Positions 1-11,977 of a DNA stretch of 64,000 nt are shown piece after piece; positions within the stretch are counted from its first letter, which is position 1; every line of letters starts with the position of its first letter. Position numbers and translations under genes: made by a program. This DNA comes from Octopus sinensis (Eukaryota): the NCBI RefSeq assembly GCF_006345805.1, contig NC_043009.1:60450001-60514000 (forward strand), given 5' to 3'. Below the pieces are notes generated by a model. The model was not told the DNA's origin, did not search any database, and saw nothing but the letters and a program-made list of their open reading frames with translations.

Positions 1-130
1 TGATCTAACCGTGAAAGATCGGGCCCAGCCCGGCCACCGCAAAAACCGTCACCAGACACCGATGGTCAACCCTATCAAAAGTTTTAACCTGGTTTAAATG
101 TACAAGCACCCCACATAGCATATACGATGG
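1..130 (-). mobile_element. L1/Tx1-like LINE reverse transcriptase remnant
   Basis: Minus frame LVHLNQVKTFDRVDHRCLVTVFAVAGLGPIFHG resembles the RT motif (L)DQxKAFDRVxH of L1/Tx1 ORF2. It runs off the window edge. Confidence 0.6.
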
Positions 131-139
131 AGATTCAGC

Positions 140-1425
140 CACTCTGCTTGGCTGGGTGGGATCAGTGATCACCAGTGAGAAAAGAGTTCGGACGAAAGGT
201 GCCGTGGTGATGGTGAAGCGCCGTCTAGGAGTTCTGGGAGAATTGATTGCCAAGTTCGGACTGAAGCTGAACGTGGTTTTCGTGCCTTCGAAGAGAAACA
301 GGGCAGATGCACTGACCAGGGTGAAAAGGGCGCGGTTGGAGGAACCGGAGGAGGCAAAGAAAGGGATAGCTACGGAGTATCAGTTAGATGACTCCGAACT
401 GAAGAGACTACACGCTGTGCATCACTTGGGTGTGAACAGGACTCTGTATGTCGCAAAGATGATTGATGCTGACATCACTATGAGAAGCATCCGGAAAGTG
501 GACGGGAACTGCGATAGGTCTCAGTCCATTGACCCTGCTCCGTGTGGGCATGAGCAAGGAAACCTTTCGATGGAGCAGAACTGGAAGAGACTAGCTGTGG
601 ATGTGATGCACTACTGTCAGGGAATGTATCTCTCCATGGTCGACTGCAGGCCGGGCCGGCTGGCCATTTGGAGGGAGTTGAGGACGGGCGTTACTGACGA
701 GATTTTGAACAGGATATTTTTAGAGAGGGGTCCCGTGGAAGAATTGCTAATGGACAACGAGGCGGCGTTTCGTTCGGAAGCGTTGAGGGATATGCTCGAC
801 CGGTGGAAGTGCGTCGCTTGTTCAGAGCAGCGTATAGGCCGAGCGGTAATGGAATCGTAGAAAGGCACCATCGGATAGTAAAGGCCATTGCGGAAAGAGG
901 GCACATTTCACCGCTGGAAACAGTTTTCTGGTACAACATGTCTCCCCGATCCGGACAAGCTGAAGAATCTGTGCCACACAGAGCACTATTTAAATACAAA
1001 TGGAGGCATCCGAGTAAAGCGCTGGAGTGTCACGAGGAAGCGAAGGGACCCCCTGCATGAAAATAGGGGAGGAAGTCTGGGTTAAGCTACCGAAAGCTCG
1101 CTGTACGTCTCAATGGAGCAGAGGAATGGTGACGGCAGTCAATTCCAGAAACAACGTCTCCGTGGATGGAATGCCGCGACACGTCTTGGACCTTCGCAGG
1201 ATTGTCGCTTCGTTGGATGACGATTATGGAGAGGAGGAGAACGAGGTGCCTAGCCTGAGAAGATCTCGACGTGCAAGGTGCCCCCAGTTGGATGATGGAC
1301 TTCGACATGGAGTAGAGGGAATGTGATCTTTAAGATCAGGGTGGCATGTGGGATGACGTCAGCAGCTGGGGAGCTGACTGGAAGAGAAGGGGCACAGCGG
1401 TGACGCGTGCGCAGGCAGGAGACGA
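140..1425 (+). mobile_element. Ty3/Gypsy LTR retrotransposon 3' fragment (end of RNase H, integrase, PPT, start of 3' LTR), frameshifted
   Basis: ORF 156-860 has VPSKRNRADALTR (RNase H end), HxxHHLG (integrase Zn finger) and WKRLAVDV...ELLMDN (core). It continues in 803-1060 (YRPSGNGIVERHHR) and 1027-1326 (KIGEEVWVK...W.RG.V). A purine-rich tract AAGATCAGGGTGGCA precedes TGTGGG at ~1347, a likely LTR start. Confidence 0.88.
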
Positions 1426-1429
1426 TTGG

Positions 1430-2100
1430 GCATTTTCGATCGGGGAAACTGACAGTGCTTGACATGTGAGCGCTTCGACAAGGTTAGGGAAAGCAGCTGC
1501 TATTTTTAGCGTTCGGGTCGGGCCACATGGAAGGGTGCATTATCACCGGGGAGGTCTGCGTCAACGAAGAGAAGGTAGGTGTCTTATTTCAAATCTCCTG
1601 CATACACCACAGGGGAATCATTTGGGTGTCGTGTGTGTCTGCAGGGGGTGGGAGAGAGATTTTTCTTGTTGGTGCTAGGTTAGAATTGGTGATTTTCCTT
1701 TATGGTACATTTTTTTGGTTACCGTATCCCAATCTTTCCAATGTTTCATTGTTTACGGGAGCTTGGGAATTTCTTTCCTGCGCTGGAGTTTTAGAAGCTT
1801 CTACGTTTCGAGTGGGGCACTGTGCTCTTATGTAGCCCTTTTCGCCACATTCAAAACAACGAGGCCTTCTCCCCTCGATTATGACACGCAATGTGGTTTC
1901 TCACTGATTATATTTTCTGCTATCTCACCTAAATGTTGAGATTCAGCTTGAATTATTATCTCAAGTCCTTGGCCTTTCTAGTTTTGTTGTTCAATCAGGG
2001 TGGCTTCGAGTATTGTTATTTTCTCCTCTGATCCCATAAGAGCCGCACACAGCCAGGTAACGTTTATTTCCAGCAGGATTTCCTCCACTTAATCTTATTC
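1430..2100 (-). mobile_element. LINE ORF1/gag-like remnant with CCHC-type zinc knuckle (probably the same L1/Tx1-like element as 1-130)
   Basis: ORF 1700-1891 reads VIIEGRRPRCFECGEKGYIRAQCP, a CX2CX4(H>Y)X4C knuckle. Same strand as, and upstream of, the RT remnant. Confidence 0.6.
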
Positions 2101-2149
2101 AAAAATACAGACCACAACTCAACATACTCTAACGTACCCCCTCAGGTAC

Positions 2150-2780
2150 ACACGCAAAACAAACACACACAGAAACACATACAGATATACAAAGTCACAT
2201 ACACCCAAAAACAGTGCAAACCTCTGATGCAAACACACACATACATATACACACATGCACAAACACAATATCCCCACACTAGAGCACAAACCTACACACA
2301 TTCCAAGAAAAAACACATACATATGTACGCTTGCAATACGATCCTAGCAACCATAACCAACACTCACACACACATACACACAGAAACACATACAGATATA
2401 CAAAGTCACATACACCCAAAAACAATGCAAACCTCTGATGCAAACACACATACATATACACACATGCACAAACACAATATCCCCACACTAGAGCACAAAC
2501 CTACGCACATTCCAAGAAAAAACACATACATATGTACGCTTGCAATACGATCCTAGCAACCATAACCAACACTCACACACACATACACACAGAAACACAT
2601 ACAGATATACAAAGTCACATACACCCAAAAACAATGCAAACCTCTGATGCAAACACACATACATATACACACATGCACAAACACAATATCCCCACACTAG
2701 AGCACAAACCTACGCACATTCCAAGAAAAAACACATACATATGTACGCTTGCAATACGATCCTAGCAACCATAACCAACA
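2150..2780. repeat. ~209-bp tandem repeat, about 3 copies, CA-rich
   Basis: CCTCTGATGCAAACACAC recurs at 2221, 2432 and 2641. ORFs 2279-2488 and 2488-2697 are near-identical. Confidence 0.9.
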
Positions 2781-2940
2781 CTCACACACACACACACACA
2801 TACGTAAACACGTACATACACATACCTACACACACCACTCTGACAATTACAAATCACATAAACACACCCACACATACACAGATACACACAAACATACAAA
2901 TACAACACAGCCCACACAAACACACACACACATATATGCA

Positions 2941-5860
2941 CGGAAGCCAGCCAGCTGCTCTGGCAGCGATCACGCTCGAATGGTGCTCTTAGCGCTCCAC
3001 TGGCATGGGTTCCAGTCATCGAATTTGATTCGATTTCAGTTTCACTTGCCTCAACAGGTCTTCACAAGCAGAGTTTAGTGTCCAATGAAGGAAAGGTACA
3101 CATAAGTGGGCTGGTTACACCCCTGGCATAAGCCATGGGTTATGGTCTCATTTGGCTTGCTGGGTTTTCTCACACTGCATATTTCCAAAGGTCTCGGTCA
3201 CTAAGTCATTGCCTTGGTGAAGCCTAATGTTCGAAGGTCGTGCTTCACCACCTCATTCCAGGTTTTCCTGGGTCTACCTCTTCCCCAGGTTACATCAACC
3301 ACTAGGGTGTGGCACTTTTTTCACACACCTCATCCATTCTCCCACATGACCATACCAGCGCAGTCATCTCTCTTGCACACTACATCTGATGCTTCTTAGG
3401 TGCAACTTTTCTCTCAGAATGCTTACACTCTGCCGTGTATGCACATTTACATTATACATCCATTGGAGCCTACTGGCTTCATTCCTTGCGAGCTTACACA
3501 TGTCCTCAGCAGTCACGGCCCATGTTTCACTGCCATGTAGTATGGCTGTTTGTACACATGCATCATACAGTCTACCTTTTACTCTGAGTGAGAAGCAGAG
3601 TTAAGAGCTCTCTGAACTTTGCCCAGGGTATTCTTATTCTAGCAGCTACACTTTCGGTGCACTCTCCCCCGCTACTGATTTGTCACCTAGGTAACAGAAG
3701 CTATCAACTACTTCTAGTTTTTCTCAATGGAATGTGGTGGAAGTTGTTCTCTGTACATTTTCAGTGTTTATTGCTCCCGAGCATCTGCCACATACAAAAA
3801 CTATCCTCCCAGTTAGCCTTCCTTTGATATTACTGCAACTCTTATGTGTACATAGCTTATACTGTGTACATCTTATAGAGTTTCTATCTATGCCTTTTCT
3901 GCAGGTCGAGCAAGGCCATCTACCTGAAGGGACTTGTTGTTTATCTGCCTTCCTACTTATTAGGACTTTGGTTTTAGCTAGGTTGACTCTAAGGCCCTTC
4001 GATTCTAATCCTTGCTTCCACACCTGAAACTTCTCCTCTAGTTCTGATAGTGAATCAGCAATTAGAGCAAGGTTGTCAGCATAGAGGAGCTCCCAGGGGC
4101 ATCCTGTCTTGAATTCCTCTGTTATTGCCTGGAGGACTATGATAAATAGGAGGGGGGTGAGGACTGAACCTTGGTGGACCCCTACCTTTACCCTGAATTC
4201 TTCACTGTACTCGTTGCCAACCCTCACCTTACTGACAGCATCCCTGTCTGTACATGTCTTGCACAGTTCTCTCTAACCATTTATCTATCCCTAGTTTCCT
4301 CATTGACCACAAGATAAGGGGATTGGGGGATCCTGTCAAAGGCTTTCTCCATGTGAACAAAAGCCAGGTACAGGGGCTTATCTTAGGCTAGGTATTTCTA
4401 CTGCAGCTCTCTTACCAGAAATATAGCATCAGTGGTGCTTTTCCCTGCCATGAAACCAAACTGCATCTCATCCAAACTGACTCTCTCCGTAATTAGTTGG
4501 CCTATGACCCTCTCCGTGACCTTCATTACCTGATCCAACAACTTGATACCTCTATAATTATTTGTATCTAAAGTGTCACCTTTACCTTTGTAATAGTTGA
4601 CTATGGTGTTGCTACACCAGTCATTGGATATGACTCCTTTGTGTATCACCTGGTTAACTATACGGGTGACTAGGCTATAGCCAACACCACCAGATATTTT
4701 GAGCATCTCTGCAGTAATTCCTGATGGGCCAGGGGCTTTCCCTGTCTTCATACTCTTAATTTCCTTATTTACCAAGGTACTGTCAATTCAGATTGCCAGT
4801 CCCTCTGTTGGGTCGACATTCGGCAGACTCTCTTTCTCCCATTCATTTTCTTTATTGAGCAACCTTTCATAGTGGCATCTCCAAACCTCTCTCTTTGCAG
4901 CCTCGTTTAGTGCAAGTGAATCATCATCCATGCAGACACATTTCTCTCCTACAACATCACGATTCTCTCTCACACACTGTTTTGCAACACGAAATACCTC
5001 AAGGCTTTGTTCCTCATGGCACAGGACGTTGGCAAATTTTTTCTCATCTACTTTCCCTCTAGCTAAATAAACCTGTCTCCTAGCCTTCCTTCTAGCAGTC
5101 GGATACAATTCCCTGCTATCACCATCCTTCCAGTCCTTCCAAGCCTGTTTCTTTTCTCTAATATTCCTGTCAACAACACCGTTCCACAACCATGTAATTT
5201 TGGGTCGTGAGGGGACTTTGCACCATCTACAGATCTGGTCAGTGGCCCTCAGCGGGTTGTCCCGTAGAAACCGCCAATTGTCTTCTACATCGTGTGAAGC
5301 TATATCCCCTTTTATTTCATCAAAGGCTTCGAGTAATATGTCTCTAAATTTCTGTCCCTTTGCAGGATCTTTAAGCTTCCAGACCCTTCTCCTCTATGCT
5401 GGTCGTCTTCTGGGCATCCATTTAGCCCTGATCCTGAAGTCGCTAACTACCAATCTATGTTGTAGGGTACATTCTTCGCCTGGGAAGGTTTTGGCATTTA
5501 TAAGCAGCCATCTTTCCCTTTTTCTGGCAAGGATGTAGTCAATTTGGCCAGTGTCTCTGCCAGAACAGTAGGTGACTAGGTGACTGGCAGGTTTCCTGAA
5601 GTTAGTATTGCAAACCATAAGATCATTTGCATTGCAGAACTCCAGCAGCCTGGTTCCCTCCTCATTGCATGTACGCGATAGAAGCCCCCTGCATGTTGTC
5701 CAACATGTCCATTGAATTCACCAGCCACAAAGAGATGGTCCCTGTCACTCGTCAACGAGGTAGTCTGCAAGAGGGTGTCATAAAATCGGTCTTTCTGTCC
5801 ATCAGGTAGCACCGGCTGAGGGGCATAGGCCGAGATAATGGTTGCTAATTCATGATGCCA
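2941..5860 (-). mobile_element. RTE-clade LINE, degraded (APE endonuclease C-half, RT with embedded PHD-like finger, 3'UTR)
   Basis: Minus frames give AGEFNGHVG, QIDYIL...QHRLVVSDF (APE), KAPGPSGITAEMLK, NYRGIKLL, QFGF..GKSTTDAIF, GVHQGSVLTPLLF, LLYADNLALIA and GRPRKTW. There are many stops and frameshifts. The 3'UTR spans ~2941-3140. Confidence 0.92.
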
Positions 5861-7311
5861 GAGAGGGGATGCCAGAGTTAGGGTGGTTAGAACACGAGGA
5901 AGAAAAATATCCTTTTGGAATTTGGGTAGTATAATTTAACGAAACAGCAAATGTTGATAATAGTAAAATAGAGTTGAAAAATCTGAGAGTTTTCAGTCAG
6001 CCAATCTAGGACAAAATTGGAGAAATAAGTGACTGTGTGATAAACTTGAATGAATGAATATGTTGCAGTTAAGGATATGTGTGATCTAAGGTTATCTTAC
6101 GAGATCTTAAGGCAACAACAAGGAAGACAAAACTATTGAAACTATATTTATATGTTGACATGGTTATGAAATAGAGAGAATAATGGAAAAAACTAATAAG
6201 GTGTTTGTGATCTGCACCGAAATAGAAGAGTAAGTGAACGGGGTTGAAAAGACAAAACTTCTTATCTGAGCATCTTCTGAGATTCGTATCACAAAACTTC
6301 TTCAGGAAACTGGCCCTGTGCTTCTTCTGGAGTAAAGTGGACTCATACATACTTTTAAGAAATTATCAAGTTTTTTTTGTTGTGCTACCAAGTCTATGAA
6401 GAGGAAACAAACATCCAAAAGCAAGGCTTTTACAGGGATGAAAAGTCATTGGAGATTGGGGGAAAGAACTTTTATCATTTGAATCAGATAAAAACACTGT
6501 CGACATGCTTTTGAATATCCTTGATAACTTCCTTTGTTTATGACCCAATCAGTTATCTGAATGAAATACAACTCTGCCCTCAGTTGGATAATTGGAGACT
6601 AACTGTGAACGATACTTGTCTAAAATCACTCATTCATGAATAAATAACTTTTTTTAATGAGACATACCATTCAGTCGGGTCTCCTGGATTTTTTAATATC
6701 CAAGCCTGAAACCAGTTTTACAGGTATAGCGAGAGACGTCACCATAACTTTCCCACAATATTTTACAGCAAACAATAAAAAAAATCGTTATAAAACCTAA
6801 CTCTTTAACGTGTCATGTATTGACATGTATTTCTAATGTATTAATTTCTCTTATAATGTTTCTTAGAAAACTATCGGCTTACTATTTTCGATCTTTTATC
6901 TATTTTCGTATCTATTTTTGAGTTACTTCACAAATTTTCCAAGAAAAGAAATTAGAACAGGATTGAAAATATAGTTCGTGGAAAAACCAGATTTTGAATA
7001 TATAGGTCAGCTATAGTTGTTTACCATCCAGCAAATGAGTTACTGCGTTTTATATTTTTGTAAAGTTCATAGTTGTCTTTGTTGTTGTTGCTAACTTTAT
7101 TTTTGGCTATATATCACATAAAACGTTTCTATATGTGATATATCGGAGCAATCGAAGAGGCAAGTAAAATGTTAAAAATCTTTAAATAAGTACTTGATAT
7201 AAAACTGTGTGATAAAACAAGTTGTGACATGTAATAATATATCTTTGGAGGGATCGATCTGCCAATAAACCAAACTATTTATAATTTATATATATAGATT
7301 AATCATCATGG

Positions 7312-7343
<32 letters not shown>

Positions 7344-7411
7344 AACTGGCAGTTGTAGCTACTTTGTCTATGTATGTACGTATCTATGTACTGCGTAGAT
7401 AAGGTAGCTAT

Positions 7412-7808
7412 ACTCTTTACTCTTTTACATGTTTCAGTCACTCGACTGCGGCCATGCTGGAGCACCGCCTTTAGTCGAGCAAATCGACCCCGGGACTTAT
7501 TCTTTGCAAGCCCAGTACTTATTCTATCGGTCTATTTTGCCGAACCGCTAAGTGACGGGGACGTAAACACACCAGCATCGGTTGTCAAGCAATGCTAGGG
7601 GTACAAACACAGACACACAAACACATACACATACATACATATATATGACAGGCTTCTTTCAGTTTCTGTCTACCAAATCCACTCACAAGGCATTGGTCGG
7701 CCCGGAGCTATAGCAGAAGACACTTGCCCAAGATGCCACGCAGTGGGACTGAACCCAGAACCATGTGGTTGGTTAACAAGCTACTTACCACACAGCCACT
7801 CCTGCGCC
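7412..7808 (-). mobile_element. tRNA-derived SINE family A (~400 bp, octopus OK-like)
   Basis: Reverse complement starts GGCGCAGGAGTGGCTGTGTGGTAAGTAGCTTG (A box), has GGTTCAGTCCC (B box) and an internal (TA)/(TG) tract, and ends in an (AGTAAAAG)n tail. More than 10 copies occur in the window. The family name is from memory. Confidence 0.88.
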
Positions 7809-8322
7809 TATGTACATAAAGTTTCTATCTATGTACTTATCTATAAGACAAAGAAATCCTTGAACACATCTTTGTTTCTGTGCCAACTCTGCTTTCAGCA
7901 TCAGTTTACACAAAAGTTCAAAGTGAAAATTTATGAAATATTTGCAGTTTCGGACATTAGAGTCTCAGCCCTTATCAGACTTGCATCAGAGGTGCGTTCT
8001 TACATTGGGCGTCTTCCAGACCTTTTTTTTTTTGTTGCTTTGTTTGTTTATATCAGGAGGAAACAAAAAGTAAATAAAAGTATGGTAAAGGGGATGAATA
8101 ATTAACATAAAGAACATGTGAGAAGAAATGGATGAAGGGGAAGAAGAGGAAGGGAAAATGGAAAAGGTGGAGAAAAACAGGAAGACAAAGATGATGAGGA
8201 GGATAGAAAGAAGGTGGAAAAAGAAAAGCTAATTGGATATCTGGATGAAGGGTAGTACATAGCCACCAGTATGAAATTTTAATTAATGGGTGAAAAATTA
8301 AAAAAAATTAATTCAATTTATC

Positions 8323-8720
8323 ATACCGTAGCCAGTACCGCATCGACTGGCCTCCGTGCTGAGGGCACGTAACAAACACCATCCGAGCGTGGCCGTTCGC
8401 CAGCCTCGTCTGGCACCTGTGCCGGTGACACATAAGAAAACACCATCCGAGCGTGGCCGTCTGGTACCTGTGTCGGTGGCACATAAAAAACACCATCCGA
8501 GCGTGGCCGTCTGCCAGCCTCGTCTGGCACCTGTGTCGGTGGCACATAAAATCACCTAATACACTCTCGGAGTGGTTGGCGTTAGGAAGGGCATCCAGCT
8601 GTAGAAACACTGCCAGATCTGACTGGCCTGGTGCAGCCTTCGGGCTTGCCAGACCCCAGTTGAACCGTCCAACCCATGCTAGCATGGAAAGCGGACGTTA
8701 AACGATGATGATGATGATGA
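8323..8720 (+). mobile_element. RTE 3'-end derived repeat (family B) with (GAT)n tail and internal ~62-bp duplications
   Basis: Ends ...CATGCTAGCATGGAAAGCGGACGTTAAAC(GAT)n. Homologous to 11508, 12350, 13177, 24397 and 56575. Confidence 0.85.
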
Positions 8721-8793
8721 CAAAAGGGAAAGATGGGTGAAATTGAAAAAAATACAAATATTGTGAAAAAAAAAAAAAAATTATACTGCAGTC

Positions 8794-8865
8794 AGCAGAG
8801 TGGCGCAGTGGAAGCGTGCTGGGCCCATAACCCAGAGGTCCATAGATCGAAACTACGCTCTGCTA
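8794..8865 (+). tRNA. initiator tRNA-Met (CAT)
   Basis: 72 nt AGCAGAGTGGCGCAGTGGAAGCGTGCTGGGCCCATAACCCAGAGGTCCATAGATCGAAACTACGCTCTGCTA. It has the A1:U72 pair, GGG/CCC anticodon stem, CAT at 8826-8828 and the ATCG T-loop of eukaryotic initiators. One A-C mismatch lies in the T-stem (8842/8856). Confidence 0.93.
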
Positions 8866-8872
8866 GATAGAC

Positions 8873-8878
8873 TTTTTT
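8873..8878 (+). terminator. Pol III terminator (T6) of the tRNA-iMet gene
   Basis: TTTTTT starts 8 nt after the tRNA 3' end. Confidence 0.8.
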
Positions 8879-8881
8879 ATA

Positions 8882-9285
8882 GGTGCAGGAGTGGCTGTGT
8901 GGTAAGTAGCTTGCTAGCCAACCACATGGTTCCGGGTTCAGTCCCACTGCGTGGCATCTTGGGCAAGTGTCTTCTGCTATAGCCCCCGGGCCGACCAATG
9001 CCTTGTGAGTGGATTTGGTAGACAGAAACTGAAAGAAGCCTGTCGTATATATGTATGTATATATGTGTGTGTGTGTTTGTGTGTCTGTGTTTGTCCGCCT
9101 AGGATTGCTTGACAACCGATGCTGGTGTGTTTACGTCCCCGTTACTTAGCGGATATCCAAAAGAGACCGATAGAATAAGTACTGGGCTTACAAAGAATAA
9201 GTCCCGGGGTCGATTTGCTCGACTAAAGGCGGTGCTCCAGCATGGCCACAGTCAAATGACTGAAACAGGTAAAAGAGTAAGAGTA
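8882..9285 (+). mobile_element. SINE family A, full length
   Basis: Same head, body and tail as 7412-7808. Starts 4 nt after the tRNA terminator. Confidence 0.9.
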
Positions 9286-9705
9286 CCATAATTATTAATG
9301 ATAATAAAGACAATAATATTAGTATCATAAACGATAGTAAGAATAACAATAGCATGATTAATGATGGGAAACAGTCTGGACAGGAAGACCAAAGAATAGA
9401 AGTTTGTGACGTGGCTGGAAATGCGCAATAACTCACATGACACAACGACCCTGGTGACTCAGAATGCTACATGTTCGGATATAAAAGCAAAAGTGAAAGA
9501 GGATGGAAAAAAACTAATGGGAGTGGTCAAGAAATTTATATATTTTGAGTGAATGTATCGCTGATAATGGTATCAGGTGAATTAAAGAGTCATAGGAAAT
9601 AAAATGTAGGGGGTGAAACATTAATACTTGGTTGGTCATATAGATATAACAACTGTATAAAGGAGACTACAGGAAACAGCTTTTGAAGTAAAATATATGA
9701 GGTAT

Positions 9706-10070
9706 ACTCTTTACTCTTTTTTTCTTGACTGTGGCCATACTGGAGCACTGCCTTTTGTTGAGCAAACTGACCCCAGGACTTATTCTTTGTAAGCCTAGTA
9801 CTTATTCTATTGGTCTCTTTTGCTGAACTGCTAAGTTACGGGGGCGTAAACACACCAGCATCGGTTGTCAAGCGATGTTGGGGGGGGGACAGACAAATGG
9901 ATTAAGTCGATTATATTGACCACATTGCATAACTGGTACTTAATTTATTGACCCCGAAAGGATGAAAGCAAAGTCAACCTCGGTGGAATTTGAACTCAGA
10001 ACGTAGCGGCAGACGAAATACCGCTCAGCATTTCGCCCAGTGTGCTAACGTTTCTGCCAGCTCGCCACCT
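9706..10070 (-). mobile_element. SINE family A 3' half (9706-9890) abutting a SINE family C copy (9890-10070)
   Basis: Family C reverse complement runs GGCGAGCTGGCAGAAACGTTAGC...GAGTTCAAATTCC...TTTCATCCTTTCGGGGTC, a MetaSINE-like central domain. Confidence 0.8.
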
Positions 10071-10074
10071 TTTA

Positions 10075-11285
10075 GTCATAGTTCTGTATATGAAATCATC
10101 CACGACAAACATTGCATCTGTAAAGTCTGTGTGAGTTGGATACCAAGAGAGCTTGGCATATGGACAGTTGAGTGGAGATCTGTCAATGCTTAATTAACCA
10201 CTATTACAATGAAGGCGAAGCAGTTTTTGGAGAGAGTGGTCACAAGAAATGAAACCTGAACCCATCACTTTGAGCTAATACAGGTGGTAGTTTCCCATAT
10301 ATTTGTACTTTGGTTGGATGATGCTTCCACGAGAGATTTTGAGCTCTCATAAGGAGGCGAGTGTAAGTTCCATCCAACCACCTCTCAAGCTTCCTTGATA
10401 ACTATCACCTGTATCATCTCTTGTGAAAGGTAGAAGAGTCCAGTTTGCTGGACATTGTTGTAGAGCTGAAAACCAGGTAATTTCTACTCTTCTCCTCTGG
10501 AAGCCACCTGCTCGCGATACCAGAGGGCGCACACTCTCCTACCCTGATGTAATCTCCAGGGATACAGGCATCCGGCAACAGGACCTCCGTAATGCTATGG
10601 TGGACCGTGAGGTCTGGCGTAACATAGTAAATTCCATTGTCTCGACCACGGTGGAACAATGATGATGATGATTGAGCTAACATCTAAAAGGCGGAGTATG
10701 GAATGGAAACACCTGGAATTGGCAGCAAAAAACAAAATCCAAATCTCAACCTTCCACATGAAAAATCGATGTTAACCATTTCTTGGGGATGCAAAAGAAC
10801 TTATATTAGACGCATTACCTGGAAAAGAGGTCTACAGTTACTTATGTAGGTTACAGTGATATGCTAGCCAACAAAGTGAAACCAGCAATTCGCATGAAAG
10901 ACAGGTCTTTTGTCAAAACAAGTGTTATTGTTGCGTGAAGTTGCATGCCTACATATAACCGCCCACACATTTGAAACCATTGAATTATTGAATTTTGAGT
11001 TACTGGAACACAATCTTCCTATTATCGCCTCTTTGAATCACTCAAGCATCCTTTTATGAGGCTGTTGATCTGCAATGGATAAAGAAGCACAGGAAGTAAT
11101 GCGTATATGGCCGCATGACCAGCCAGAAATCTTCTCTGATGGAAGAAGCAAACTTGTGGATCGCTGGAAGAAGTGCATCAAAAAAGCTAGGAGACTATTG
11201 AGAAATTATGTTATGCTTCAACTCCTGCTTTTGTTTTAATAAATTTTCAGAAATAAATGTATATAATTTTATACTTACCCTTCTA
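10075..11285 (+). mobile_element. mariner transposase remnant interrupted by a LINE 3' end
   Basis: SVYEIIHDKH..KVCVSWIPREL and RVVTRNET*THHFE lie before the insertion and degraded mariner C-terminal motifs after it. A TIR-like end lies near 11260-11285. Confidence 0.75.
10279..10671 (+). mobile_element. 5'-truncated RTE-like LINE 3' end with (TGA)n tail and 9-bp TSD
   Basis: ORF end RRVQFAGHCCRAENQVISTLLLWKP...AMVDREVWRNIV. TSD TTGAGCTAA at 10270-10278 and 10672-10680. Confidence 0.85.
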
Positions 11286-11507
11286 TATACATATACATAC
11301 ATACAAACAAATATATATGTGTATATACAATTCCATATACGTAATTGCATGCACCAGTTTCTGAACAATAAAAGATTTATGTGAATGGTGATTAATATGG
11401 GTGTAACAATTTCTTTTCCTCAGAAATTGTAAAGGTATACTTAAATGTGTGATTCAAATTACACAGTTTACTGCACCTGCGGAGATATCTGTTTACCTTA
11501 ACTGCGT

Positions 11508-11790
11508 CATCATCATCATCATCATCATCGTTTAACGTCCGTTTTCTGCGCTAGCACGGGTTGGACGGTTCGACTGGGGTCTGGGAAGCCAGGGGCTGCT
11601 CCAGGCTCCAGTCTGATCTGGCAGAGTTTCTACGGCTGGATGCCCTTCCTAACGCCAACCACTCCGCGAGTGTAGTGGGTGCTTTTCACGTGCCACCTGC
11701 ACAGGTGCCGGGGGGGGTCCAGCATCGGTCACGATCGGTTGGAGCTTTTAACGTGCCAGCGGCACGGAAGCCAGCCAAGGCGGCGCTGGG
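11508..11790 (-). mobile_element. family B RTE 3'-end repeat
   Basis: (CAT)n followed by CGTTTAACGTCCG...CTGGATGCCCTTCCTAACGCCAACCACTCC. Confidence 0.85.
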
Positions 11791-11977
11791 TGAAAATGAG
11801 GACACACAGTCTCATTGTGATGAGTGTACATCTGATAGTTCCATCAATACATTCATATATGTATGATGTGTGTGTGTATATATGTATGTCTCTTGTTTGT
11901 CCGTCGATGCAACAAAGACCATCTAGTCATCCTGGGGTGAGGTGGGCTTGTTTTGTGAGTCCACAGATGGTGGACTC

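Noticed and set aside
6069-6548. Minus-strand ORFs 6069-6350 and 6366-6548
   Set aside because: No recognisable domain and no consistent splice model.
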